Source of the DNA: Promethearchaeia archaeon
Lineage (GTDB): Archaea > Asgardarchaeota > Lokiarchaeia > Sigyniarchaeales > SOKP01
Length of the DNA: 64,000 nucleotides
Direction of reading: 5' to 3'
Assembly (NCBI GenBank): GCA_029856105.1
Contig: JAHQWH010000015.1
Coordinates: 64,001 to 128,000 of the forward strand
Shown here: in pieces, positions 41,870 through 51,682 of the stretch
Numbering within the stretch: the first letter of the stretch is position 1
How the letters are laid out: each line of letters begins with the position of its first letter
Notes under the pieces: model-generated
What the model saw: the letters and a program-made list of their open reading frames with translations, nothing else
Database searches by the model: none
Told to the model about the DNA's origin: nothing
Made by a program: the position numbers and the translations under genes

Positions 41870-42792
41870 GCGTTCCGAATTCAATGCGAGTTGGTCCTTT
41901 TTGTGCAACCGTATTGGCTAAGAAAAAATATTTGCTTTTGTACATTTTTTTAATATGGATAAGTCTACTTCCTGCGATATTGGAAATTTGGTGGTATTGG
42001 CAGATCTTGTGGTACGATTTAAGACCACTTCATTTTTATGTGTTTTTACCTCTTTATTTTATTGTGATGTATATCACAACTGTGTTTGCTGCGATTTTCT
42101 TTGCTAAAATTTTATTAATTATAGTTAATGTCTTTCACAAACCAAGAGAAGGCGTTTTTCTAAGGGATTCCGCAGACAAAGATTATAGATATTGGAGCCT
42201 TAGAAATACGATTAAAAAGTGGCCAACCTGGCTTGCGCATAAATTTCCCTTTCCATTTTTAGACAATATTTGTTTCAAGGTGTTTGGAGTAAAAACAAAA
42301 TTTTCTAACTCTCTTTTTGAAGGTTGGGTGGATACTGAATATATCGAGTTCGGTAAAAATGTAGTTGTTGGTCAGGGTGCCATAATTCAATCTTCGGCTA
42401 TTATAGGAAACTTTTTAATTATTAAAAAAACTATCATTGAAGAAAACGTTAGAATAGGCGCACATGTAATAATTATGCCAGGCACCCATATAGGAAAAAA
42501 CTGCATTTTAAACACTTGGTCGTCTACAATGGTAGGTCAAGAACTAGAAGAAGGTTGGGTGTACAATGGGGGTCCTGCGAAAAAATTCAAGAAAAATAGA
42601 TTTTTTGAAGACATTCCAATCGAAAAACTTACTAAAACCGTTGGAGACCTTGACGGACTATTAAAGAAATACGATGAGCAATATGTTAAGCGGCAAGTCA
42701 AAAAAAAGGTACCTCTCAAAGAAAGAAGAATCCATATAAGAAAAGAAAAATCCGAAGAAAAACCGGAAGAAAAAACTAAAAAAAAGGATTAA
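41866..42792 (+). CDS. Membrane protein with 2 TM plus LbH domain, type C, copy 1
   Basis: PREG, FKVFGVK, FGKNVVVGQGA, IMPGTHIG, YNGGPA. GTGA overlap with the type B stop. Confidence 0.8.
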   Translation: MSVPNSMRVGPFCATVLAKKKYLLLYIFLIWISLLPAILEIWWYWQILWYDLRPLHFYVFLPLYFIVMYITTVFAAIFFAKILLIIVNVFHKPREGVFLRDSADKDYRYWSLRNTIKKWPTWLAHKFPFPFLDNICFKVFGVKTKFSNSLFEGWVDTEYIEFGKNVVVGQGAIIQSSAIIGNFLIIKKTIIEENVRIGAHVIIMPGTHIGKNCILNTWSSTMVGQELEEGWVYNGGPAKKFKKNRFFEDIPIEKLTKTVGDLDGLLKKYDEQYVKRQVKKKVPLKERRIHIRKEKSEEKPEEKTKKKD

Positions 42793-42794
42793 TC

Positions 42795-43580
42795 ATGAAA
42801 ATTGGTTATGTTCAAACCTCTCCAACCTTTAACGAAAAAACTCAAAACTTTGAACAAGTAAAGAACTTATTAACCAATATCAAAGCAGAATTAATTGTAT
42901 TACCCGAACTTTTCGCAACCGGTTATACATTCATCTCTAAAAAAGAAGCTGAATCTTTATCGGAAGATATTAACGGGCAAACCGCTCAATTTCTAAAGAA
43001 ATTATCAAAAGATACAGGTGGAGTCGTAATTGGAGGGTTTGTTGAAAAAGATGGCGATGAAATATTCAATTCTGCGATGATAGTTTCAAGAAATGAAGTT
43101 ATCGGTACATATAGGAAAATCCATCTATACTATAAAGAAAGCTTATGGTTCTCTCCCGGAAACAAGCCTTTACGAATTTACGAAGTAAACAACATGAAAA
43201 TCGGAATAATAATTTGTTTCGATTGGATATTTCCGGAGACAATTCGTACGCTCACGCTTCTTGGAGCTGATATCATTGCGCATCCCGCTAATTTAGTACT
43301 TCCATATTGCCAAAAAGCTATGATCACTCATTGTTTGGTAAATCGCGTTTTTGCTGTAACTTCTAACAGAATTGGCAACGAAGTAAGGGGAAAAGACGAT
43401 TTTAAGTTTACGGGGGGAAGTCAAATCACGTCTTATAACGGGGACATACTCTCGTCCGCACCAATGGATAAAGTCTACATTAAATTTATAGAAATTGATG
43501 TAATCCACGCGAGAAATAAAAAGCTTAATAGTTATAACGATTTACTAAATGATAGAAGACCAGAATTCTATCTTCAATAA
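42795..43580 (+). CDS. Carbon-nitrogen hydrolase (nitrilase superfamily)
   Basis: Triad regions LPELF, YRKIHL and ICFDWIFPE; NRIG. Confidence 0.92.
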   Translation: MKIGYVQTSPTFNEKTQNFEQVKNLLTNIKAELIVLPELFATGYTFISKKEAESLSEDINGQTAQFLKKLSKDTGGVVIGGFVEKDGDEIFNSAMIVSRNEVIGTYRKIHLYYKESLWFSPGNKPLRIYEVNNMKIGIIICFDWIFPETIRTLTLLGADIIAHPANLVLPYCQKAMITHCLVNRVFAVTSNRIGNEVRGKDDFKFTGGSQITSYNGDILSSAPMDKVYIKFIEIDVIHARNKKLNSYNDLLNDRRPEFYLQ

Positions 43581-43621
43581 TCATAAAAATCTTGAAAATA
43601 ATCCAGATCACATAAAAACAA

Positions 43622-44020
43622 TTATCTTAATTTAGAAAAAACTACTTGGTTCTCCAAGAAACTTATTATCTTTTTGCAAGTTTTTCGAACTATATTCTTA
43701 TTTGGATAAAAAATTTCTGGTCTTGGACATTCGCTATCAAAAACACACGAGTTCTTATCTGAATCGTAAATTAAAGGGTAAAATCGGCATCCTTGAGGTC
43801 TTATCTCGTAAATTTTACATAATTTTGTTTCCCCATCGAAAAAGAAGCAATGTCCGTTAATATTTTTTAATTGATAAAAGTTATCTTCAGTTTTTTGTAC
43901 AAAATCTGTTTTTCTCAAGGTTGTTTTATGACTACTAACGATAACTTCGATGTCTTGGTCAGAGAGAATCATCTCTGTCTCGATACAGCAATTTCCACAA
44001 TCTTCACATCTATTCTTCAT
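43622..44020 (-). CDS. YkgJ/CxxCxxCC Fe-S/zinc cluster protein
   Basis: CEDCGNCC, CFFF, CKIYEIRPQGCRFYP. Confidence 0.9.
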   Translation of the reverse strand: MKNRCEDCGNCCIETEMILSDQDIEVIVSSHKTTLRKTDFVQKTEDNFYQLKNINGHCFFFDGETKLCKIYEIRPQGCRFYPLIYDSDKNSCVFDSECPRPEIFYPNKNIVRKTCKKIISFLENQVVFSKLR

Positions 44021-44203
44021 ATTATCTTTTCTATTAGTATATGTGATTTTAAGGTTAGTTCTTAATCGTTTTGGTAGTTTTGTTGTTAATATAACTTTAA
44101 AAAGTAAAAAACATATCTATTTTACTGATGTCTAATTTATGATTGAGTAAATAATTGAAAGAACTCACTAAGTAACTTATCAATACTTTTCGTATGATAG
44201 AAA

Positions 44204-46042
44204 ATGCTTGAAGAAATAAAACCAGAATCATTGGATGAATCAGAGGATTCTCAAGAAGCCGTTATTAAAGAAACTGTGAAAATACAATTTAAAATCTACA
44301 TATTAGTATTTGCTTTTATTTACTATTTCTCTTGGATAATCCCTGGTATAATCTTAATGGCATATTTTTTTATGATTTTTCGAGTGTACTTTTTAGATAC
44401 CAGCAATTTTGTTATGCTTTTCACAGAACTGTATCCCCTCCTCTCATTGATTCTAATGCCGCTTTTAATAATAGTTTGTTATCTTATACACCTATTATTA
44501 ATTGGATTAGCAACAAAATTGTTTTGGAGTATTACTGAAAAAATTTCCCCTTCAAAAAATGGTATAATCCCAAGAAACATACAAAGTAAGACGGCAAATT
44601 ATTATCATATGAGAAGTTTCATGATCAAATATGGAAAAAATGTATTTACCAAAGGAATGTTCCCGTGGCTTTCCAATTGGTTCTTTGACTTTGTAGGTTC
44701 AAGCAAAATTGGAAAAGGGTCCACAATTGAAGAATCTGTAGGATCAGATAAATTTATTGATGTTGGGAAAAACTGTTATATCGGTGTAAACGCTACGTTA
44801 GCGTCTCATTTAGTGCAAGGCATATTCGGGAACATATCCTATTTCGAAATAAAGCTTAAAGACAACGTTACCCTCGCTGCGATGAATCAAATTGGTCCAG
44901 GAACCGAAATTGGCAAGGATTCTATTTTATTACCCTTAGCCTCATGTACTAAACACAGCGTATTAAAAGGGGGGAAATATTATGTAGGAATCCCCCTACG
45001 TAAAATTTTCAAAAAAAAAATTTTGGATTATTTAAGTTTGACACCTGAAGACTTAGAGCGAAACGATACTCTTAATGAATTTATTACAAAAAATAAAAAA
45101 GACAAAACTAAAGAAAAAACTAAAGAAAAATCTGAAGAAGATTTTACTGTTAAGCAGGAAAAGGAAGAACCAGTTGATGTAGATTGCCTTACAAAAGAAG
45201 ATCTAGCTTTGGACTTTACAACTAGTAGCGCTATCAGTAGAATAAATGTTAAATTTTTGGCAGTATATGTTCCCATTTTCTGGTTAAGTGGATTAATGGT
45301 AGCAATATATTGGTTTGAATACACAAGATATTTTGGACTAGAAACGATTTTGTTTTTACCAGTCGCAATCTTTTCTATGTTGTACATATTCATCTTAGGA
45401 GTGTTATTTTTTAGTAAAATGCTTTTAATTCTTGTAAATTTAATACATAAACCGCGAGAAGGTATTTTTCTCGCTGAAATTGGAGATAGAGATTACGAGT
45501 TTTGGATGTTGAGAACAGAACTAAAAAAGATCAGCCTCTGGCTAATTAGAAATTCTCCATTTCCTTGGGTAGATGTAATAGCGTTTAAATGGTTTGGAAT
45601 AAATATGGATTTTTCGAGCCATTTAAACGATGCGTGGTGCGATGCCGAATTTGTAAACTTTGGTCGATATAATTTAATTGGACAAGGAGCAACAATTATG
45701 TCCTCGATGGTAGTCGGCAAATACTTAATAATTAAAAAGGTTATAATTGACGATTATGTTATGATTGGCGGTCACACAACTATCGCCCCTGGCACGATAA
45801 TGGGACATGATTCGGTTATGGGCGCTATCAGTTCAACTACATATAATCAAATTTTAGAACCAAATTGGATATATTTTGGAATTCCCGGAATTAAACTAAA
45901 AGAAAATAAATATGCCGAAGAAAGAAGAGATATTATAATAAAGCGCGATGTTGACGAGCAAGTGAAAGTTGAGATGACTTACGAAGTTAATATTGATGAG
46001 GATAAAAAGAAATTAATAAAAACGGAAAATAATAAGGGGTAG
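44204..46042 (+). CDS. Fused type A + type B membrane/LbH protein, copy 2
   Basis: N-half matches 40003..40956 (IPRNI.SKTAN.YH.RSFMIKYGKN, FPWLSNWFF). C-half matches 40958..41869 (DFTTSSAI, MDFSSHLNDAWCDAEF). Confidence 0.85.
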   Translation: MLEEIKPESLDESEDSQEAVIKETVKIQFKIYILVFAFIYYFSWIIPGIILMAYFFMIFRVYFLDTSNFVMLFTELYPLLSLILMPLLIIVCYLIHLLLIGLATKLFWSITEKISPSKNGIIPRNIQSKTANYYHMRSFMIKYGKNVFTKGMFPWLSNWFFDFVGSSKIGKGSTIEESVGSDKFIDVGKNCYIGVNATLASHLVQGIFGNISYFEIKLKDNVTLAAMNQIGPGTEIGKDSILLPLASCTKHSVLKGGKYYVGIPLRKIFKKKILDYLSLTPEDLERNDTLNEFITKNKKDKTKEKTKEKSEEDFTVKQEKEEPVDVDCLTKEDLALDFTTSSAISRINVKFLAVYVPIFWLSGLMVAIYWFEYTRYFGLETILFLPVAIFSMLYIFILGVLFFSKMLLILVNLIHKPREGIFLAEIGDRDYEFWMLRTELKKISLWLIRNSPFPWVDVIAFKWFGINMDFSSHLNDAWCDAEFVNFGRYNLIGQGATIMSSMVVGKYLIIKKVIIDDYVMIGGHTTIAPGTIMGHDSVMGAISSTTYNQILEPNWIYFGIPGIKLKENKYAEERRDIIIKRDVDEQVKVEMTYEVNIDEDKKKLIKTENNKG

Positions 46043-46044
46043 AA

Positions 46045-47004
46045 ATGTCAATTCCTAATACTATGCGCATAGGTCCATTTATACCGACAGTTTTAGTAAA
46101 GAAAAAATATTTACTTTTCTATCTAATTATCGTTTGGTTCAGTTTTATTCCTGTTTTTTTAGAATTTTGGGTTTATTGGCAATTTTTGTGGAATTATAGT
46201 AGACCAATTCACTTTTATACATTCTTACCTCTTGTAATTCTACCAATGTATATTACCCTTGTATTCAGTGCAATTTTTATTGCCAAAATCTTATTTATAG
46301 CCGTTAATGTCATTCAGAAGCCACAAGTTGGCGTATTTTTAAGACATCCAAGCGATAAGGATTATCGGTATTGGTGTATTAGGAATATAATAAAAAGATG
46401 GCCATTTTGGTTAAGTCATCGATTTCCTTTTCCTTTTTTAGACAACATCTGTTTTAAAGCGTTTGGAGTAAAGACAAAATTTTCAAATTCTTTATTTGAA
46501 GGCTGGGTGGATACTGAATTTATTTCGTTCGGACAAAACGTTGTTGTTGGTCAAGGAGCAATCGTACAATCTAGTGTGATTATCGGTAATCTCCTCATAA
46601 TTAAGAGAACTGTTATTGAAGACGATGTTAGAATTGGTTCTCACGCAATAATCATGCCTGGTACTTATATAGGAAAAAGAAGCGTCTTAGCTGCTAATTC
46701 AATAACAACGGTGGATCAAAAACTCGAGGATGATTATATCTACGTAGGAATTCCAGCAAAAAAATTTAAAAGAAATTATTTCTTTGAAGATGGTTTACAA
46801 GATAAAATAGGACAAGTTGAAGATGTAGAAGCTTTAAGGGCAAAATATGAAAAAATTTATACTAAACGCTACGATGAAAAACCAAAATATAAAGAACGAA
46901 AGAAAATAAAAAGAAAGACGAAAGCGCAAGAACAATATTGGTACGGGGTTGAACTAGAAGAGGGAGAAGAAGACGATATGTATGATGATCCATTTAACAT
47001 TTAA
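46045..47004 (+). CDS. Type C membrane/LbH protein, copy 2
   Basis: Shares FPFPFLDNICFK.FGVKTKFSNSLFEGWVDTE with 41866..42792. Confidence 0.85.
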   Translation: MSIPNTMRIGPFIPTVLVKKKYLLFYLIIVWFSFIPVFLEFWVYWQFLWNYSRPIHFYTFLPLVILPMYITLVFSAIFIAKILFIAVNVIQKPQVGVFLRHPSDKDYRYWCIRNIIKRWPFWLSHRFPFPFLDNICFKAFGVKTKFSNSLFEGWVDTEFISFGQNVVVGQGAIVQSSVIIGNLLIIKRTVIEDDVRIGSHAIIMPGTYIGKRSVLAANSITTVDQKLEDDYIYVGIPAKKFKRNYFFEDGLQDKIGQVEDVEALRAKYEKIYTKRYDEKPKYKERKKIKRKTKAQEQYWYGVELEEGEEDDMYDDPFNI

Positions 47005-47162
47005 TTATTAAATTGCCTATTGAATTATCTACTAGTTTGAAAAACATTACGCTTTTAAACATAAACAGCATAATTTATACTAAATTATTATTTTATGTAA
47101 ATCCTAAGAATAATAATTATAAAAGAGAGACAGAATTAGGAAAATTAGATGGAGTTAAGATT

Positions 47163-48284
47163 ATGCCTATTTTAGAGCAACTTAAGGAAGCAACTCAACT
47201 TACAAATCCTTGGATTAATAGCTGGAAAAATGAAGGAAAAAAAGTATTAGGATATTTTTGTTCTTATATTCCCGAAGAGATTATCTACGCTGCAGATATT
47301 TTACCGATCAGGGTTAGAGCAAGAACGTGCACGGATACACCAATGGGAGATGCTTATCTAAGTCCCACCGCATGTAGTTATACAAGATGTTGTCTTGAGC
47401 AAATCAATAGAAAGGAATTTGGATACTTTGATGGAATTGTTTCGTGTAATTGCTGCGACCAGATTAGGAGACTCTACGATAATATAAGATATAAGGCTCC
47501 GTTTTCTTATCATTATATAATGGGAGTTCCCGGTTATGTCAGTGAAATTACATTAGATTGGTTTAAATATGAACTCTCTAAATTTAAAGTAAGTATTGAG
47601 AAAAATTTCAATACTAGTATTACTAACGAAAAGTTAAGTGATACGATTAGATTATTTAACATTTCTCGTAAATTGCTTAAAGAGTTATATGAGCTCAGAA
47701 AACATGAGTCTCCACCTATTACAGGTAGTGATGTATTAAATATCATTTCAGCAGGACTCTCTATTCCGAAAAATGAGTTTAATGCTTTACTGACGCAGCA
47801 ACTTGAGGAGATTAAGAATAAAGAGGGTATTTCTGATTATAAATCGAGAATAATGATAATCGGAAGTATGCTTGACGAACCAGAATATTTACAAATTATA
47901 GAGGATCTCGGCGGATTAGTAGTCACTGATTCGGTATGTTTAGGGACTCGATATTTTTGGGATATGGTTGATGAAACTACGAGTCCTCTTGATGCTCTTG
48001 GAGAGCGTTATTTATCGAAAATCTCATGTCCTCGTATGACTGATGGTCATATGAAAAGAGCGCAATTTATGATGGATATGATTAAAGAGTTTAATGTTGA
48101 TGGAGTAATTTTTCAAAGAATGAAGTTTTGTGCGATATGGTGGGCTGAGATTTTCATGCTTAGGGACAAATTAAAAGAAGAGGGTATTCCATTTCTTGAT
48201 TTAGAAAGAGATTACATATTAAGCGGCGCTGGAGCTATGAAAACTCGTGTTCAAACCTTTATAGAAATTTTAGAAGCGAGGTGA
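47163..48284 (+). CDS. 2-hydroxyacyl-CoA dehydratase subunit (HgdB/FldC family)
   Basis: GYFCSYIPEE, CCDQIRR, SCPRM, VDGVI...KFC, TRVQTFIE. Start placed at ATG 47163 after a GGAG RBS. Confidence 0.88.
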   Translation: MPILEQLKEATQLTNPWINSWKNEGKKVLGYFCSYIPEEIIYAADILPIRVRARTCTDTPMGDAYLSPTACSYTRCCLEQINRKEFGYFDGIVSCNCCDQIRRLYDNIRYKAPFSYHYIMGVPGYVSEITLDWFKYELSKFKVSIEKNFNTSITNEKLSDTIRLFNISRKLLKELYELRKHESPPITGSDVLNIISAGLSIPKNEFNALLTQQLEEIKNKEGISDYKSRIMIIGSMLDEPEYLQIIEDLGGLVVTDSVCLGTRYFWDMVDETTSPLDALGERYLSKISCPRMTDGHMKRAQFMMDMIKEFNVDGVIFQRMKFCAIWWAEIFMLRDKLKEEGIPFLDLERDYILSGAGAMKTRVQTFIEILEAR

Positions 48285-49609
48285 AAAATTTGGATATAGA
48301 ATTATTTAATAAATATAAAAAACTTGGAAGAGGTAATTGGGGGAAAGATCTTACTATGTGGAAAATGATGTATTTGGGATTTCTAAATCGATATAGAGAT
48401 GAAGAATTTACCCCAGTTTTGGATTTATTACTTAATATCTTCCTTGACCTCCCTAAGGCAAGGAAAGAAGGAAAACTTGTTATAATGCATCCATTTAATT
48501 ATGGTCCTGAATTATTTCACGCAATGAACTTAGCACCTCTTATGCAGGAATTATTTAGTGTTGGATTAGCCCCGTTACATCTTAATGAACCTTATATAGA
48601 TTTTACCAATAAAATTGGATATGGAGACAATCCAACAATCTGTAATGCTCAAAGACCATTGATTGGTTCTTTTATGCAAGGTGTTTCACCAATTCCAGAT
48701 TTACTATTTTTTCTTTCAACGCCTTGTAATTCTCTTGCTATGACTTATCAAGTTTTTGAACATTTAGCTAAAATCCCTGCACATAACATAGATGTTCCCT
48801 ATTGGGCTTATGAACAACAAGATAACGAATTTTATGATGAGAATACTATTGCATATATGGTAAATCAAGTAAAGGATTTAATAATATGGTTAGAAAAAGA
48901 AAAAAAGCAGAAGTTAGATACTGAAAAGCTCCAAGAGACAATGAAAAATGTGAATCAATCAAGGGAATATATATTAGAGTTTAACGAACTTTTAAAAACG
49001 GTTCCTTGCCCAGTACCTAGCCTAGCAGGTTTTGGGAACTTTATTTCCATGGTGACTCGTGGCGGTACTGATGATGCTGTTAAAGCTACCAAATGGCTAC
49101 GTGATTCTGCATTAGAAAATGTAAAAGATGGGATAGCCGGTGTACCTGATGAGAAGATTAGAATTGCTTGGCCTTATACTCATGTCTTCTTTGATGCTGA
49201 CCTTCTCACTTGGTTAGAAGAAACATTCAATGCAGTGGTGATTATGGATATTCTTGGATACTACCAAGTCCTACCTCACGATATATCTACAACAGAAAAA
49301 TGTTATGAGAGTTTAGCTAAGGGAACTTTAGATTTCTCAATGGTGGGAACCTGTCGTGGCCCAATTGAGTATTATATCGAATTTTTATTAAACTATGTAA
49401 AAGAATATAAAATAGATTGTGTGATTATGCCAATGCAATTTGCGTGTAAACACGCATATGCGATGGCTCGAGTTGCTTCTGAAGCTGTGCGAGAACAAAC
49501 AGGAATTCCGGTTTTAATTTTTGGTTGTGATCCTTATGATTCACGAGAAGTAACTTCAGATGCTATAAGAGAGAGGATTTCAGAGTTTCTCACTCAAGTA
49601 GTTTTATAA
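48281..49609 (+). CDS. 2-hydroxyacyl-CoA dehydratase subunit (HgdA/FldB family)
   Basis: PELFHAMNL, TICN, STPCN, IDVP, EKIRIAW, IDCVI...ACK. Confidence 0.85.
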   Translation: MKNLDIELFNKYKKLGRGNWGKDLTMWKMMYLGFLNRYRDEEFTPVLDLLLNIFLDLPKARKEGKLVIMHPFNYGPELFHAMNLAPLMQELFSVGLAPLHLNEPYIDFTNKIGYGDNPTICNAQRPLIGSFMQGVSPIPDLLFFLSTPCNSLAMTYQVFEHLAKIPAHNIDVPYWAYEQQDNEFYDENTIAYMVNQVKDLIIWLEKEKKQKLDTEKLQETMKNVNQSREYILEFNELLKTVPCPVPSLAGFGNFISMVTRGGTDDAVKATKWLRDSALENVKDGIAGVPDEKIRIAWPYTHVFFDADLLTWLEETFNAVVIMDILGYYQVLPHDISTTEKCYESLAKGTLDFSMVGTCRGPIEYYIEFLLNYVKEYKIDCVIMPMQFACKHAYAMARVASEAVREQTGIPVLIFGCDPYDSREVTSDAIRERISEFLTQVVL

Positions 49610-49627
49610 AGGAGGTTTATTATAGAA

Positions 49628-50401
49628 TTGTTAGTAGCTGGATGTGATGTTGGTTCATTAACAGGAAAAGTTGTAATATTACAGGATGGTGAAATTTTAT
49701 CTTATAGTATTGTTCCTACAACACCTAAACCTGAAAAGACTGCTCAAAATGCGATGGATGCGGCACTTCAAAAAAATAACTTATCTTTGAATGATATCGA
49801 ATTCATTGTAGGGACGGGATATGGTAGGATTAAAATTCCCTTTGCCAATTCTCAAATATCAGAATTGTCATGTCATGGTAAAGGTGCCCACTCGGTTCTC
49901 CCATCAGTTAGAACGATAATTGATGTGGGAGGTCAGGATTGTAAGGTAATTAAAGTGGATAAGAACGGAAAGATTCTGGATTTTGCTATGAATGATAAGT
50001 GTGCCGCAGGAACTGGAAGATTTTTGGAAGTAATGGCTAGAACTCTGGAGCTCAAGCTTGAAGAGCTCGGTCCTATATCTTTAGAATCAAAGAATCAGGC
50101 TAAAATAACTGCTCAATGTAGTGTCTTTGCTGAAACAGAGGTAGTTAGTCTTATGGCTGATGGTATAGAAGTAGCAGATATAGTAGCAGGGATCCACGAT
50201 GCTGTAGCCTCTAGAATTATGTCTCTTGTGTATAGAGTTGGCCTTGAAGAAGATTTGACAATAACTGGAGGAGTAGCAAAGAATATAGGAGTTGTAACCT
50301 ATTTAGAGAAAAGGTTGGGTGTCACATCAAAAAAATTATCGGTTGATCCTCAAATAATAGGAGCTTTAGGAGCTGCTTTAACAGCAAAAGAGCAAAAATA
50401 A
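49628..50401 (+). CDS. hgdC: ATP-dependent dehydratase activator (HgdC/archerase)
   Basis: GCDVGS, TGYGR, IDVGGQDCK, MNDKCAAGTGRFLE, CSVFAETE, TGGVA. Confidence 0.93.
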   Translation: MLVAGCDVGSLTGKVVILQDGEILSYSIVPTTPKPEKTAQNAMDAALQKNNLSLNDIEFIVGTGYGRIKIPFANSQISELSCHGKGAHSVLPSVRTIIDVGGQDCKVIKVDKNGKILDFAMNDKCAAGTGRFLEVMARTLELKLEELGPISLESKNQAKITAQCSVFAETEVVSLMADGIEVADIVAGIHDAVASRIMSLVYRVGLEEDLTITGGVAKNIGVVTYLEKRLGVTSKKLSVDPQIIGALGAALTAKEQK

Positions 50402-50439
50402 TAAAATATATTTTAAGAAAAGGTCTATTTAATTCTATT

Positions 50440-51681
50440 TCATTTGATTGTTTTCTCAATTAGCTGAGAAATATCGTATGCCTTGATTTCGTCATTTTTA
50501 ATATTAGTTTTGAATTGATTTAGGCAAAATGGGCAAGATGAGACTATTGCTGATGCATCGGTATCTTTAGCTTCTTCAATACGTTCACGAGCAGCGAATT
50601 CTGACAGATCTTTGAACGCAGCTCTCACTCCACCGCCAGAGCCACAACACCACGCATTATGTTTATTTCGATCCATCTCAACGAGTTCAATCCCAGGAAT
50701 TTCTTCTAAAACAGCTCTAGGTTCTTTATACATTCCCATATGACGACCTATATGGCAAGGATCATGGTAGGTTATTTTCATATTAACATTTTGTTTAAAT
50801 TTTATTGTCCCATTTTTTAAGTTTCTTAGTATAAACTCAGGTAAATGTAAGATTTCAATTCCATGCTTAATTCCAAACTTTTTAGGATAAATGTCTTTTA
50901 ACGCTCTATAACATCCAGCACAGGAGGTTATTATCTTTTCTACCCCCGAATTCTTAAACATCTCAACATTATCTTCTGCTATTTTTCTTGCATAATCCAC
51001 TTGACCCGTCATATACACAGGAGAACCACAACAACTTTCGTTTTCAAGAATCTTAAAATCAATACCAAGTGTATTCAATATTCTAACGGTAGAAATAGCA
51101 ATTTCTTTTTCTCGATAACTAGATGTACAGCCAACAAAGTATGCTAATTTTGCGTTTGGAGATTGGAAAGCATCTGAAGGAAACCAATCTTGTCGACTTT
51201 CATTTTTTTCTCCATAGGGGTTATGAAGCTCTTCTACATATTTTGTATACTGTTTTTGTTCGGGCATTGGACCATATCCCGCTCGAACGGCTTCTTCTCT
51301 CATCGCCATTAACCACTCACCAGCATAAGTGTGAAGCTCTGGAATTTGACATTGCTGAGTACACGCTAAACATAAAGAACATTCGTAAAAAATCCGAGCT
51401 AGGTTATCGGTCCATTTAAGTTTATTTTGTTGAATACCCCAAGTAAGTAAATTTTTTCCACCCAAATAGTACGCTTCAAACTGCCCAAATTCACCTGAGG
51501 GACAAACCCGAGCCCAATTGACATCTTGAAAAACAGTTCTACAGGTTCCACATTTCCCACATTGGTATACTATATCCTTATAATGTTCAATCCCTTTATA
51601 CTTATCTAACTTATGATCTTCTTGTTTTAAATCTATTTTTTCTATACCCGTACCTCTTATATATCTAATCTTTTTTGCCAT
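50440..51681 (-). CDS. Fe-S oxidoreductase with CCG domains (GlcF/HdrD-like), copy 1
   Basis: CGKCGTC, CSLCLACTQQC, YFVGC, CCG, SCAGC, YHDPCHIGR, CCGSGGG, SCPFC. Confidence 0.9.
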   Translation of the reverse strand: MAKKIRYIRGTGIEKIDLKQEDHKLDKYKGIEHYKDIVYQCGKCGTCRTVFQDVNWARVCPSGEFGQFEAYYLGGKNLLTWGIQQNKLKWTDNLARIFYECSLCLACTQQCQIPELHTYAGEWLMAMREEAVRAGYGPMPEQKQYTKYVEELHNPYGEKNESRQDWFPSDAFQSPNAKLAYFVGCTSSYREKEIAISTVRILNTLGIDFKILENESCCGSPVYMTGQVDYARKIAEDNVEMFKNSGVEKIITSCAGCYRALKDIYPKKFGIKHGIEILHLPEFILRNLKNGTIKFKQNVNMKITYHDPCHIGRHMGMYKEPRAVLEEIPGIELVEMDRNKHNAWCCGSGGGVRAAFKDLSEFAARERIEEAKDTDASAIVSSCPFCLNQFKTNIKNDEIKAYDISQLIEKTIK

Positions 51682-51682
51682 A

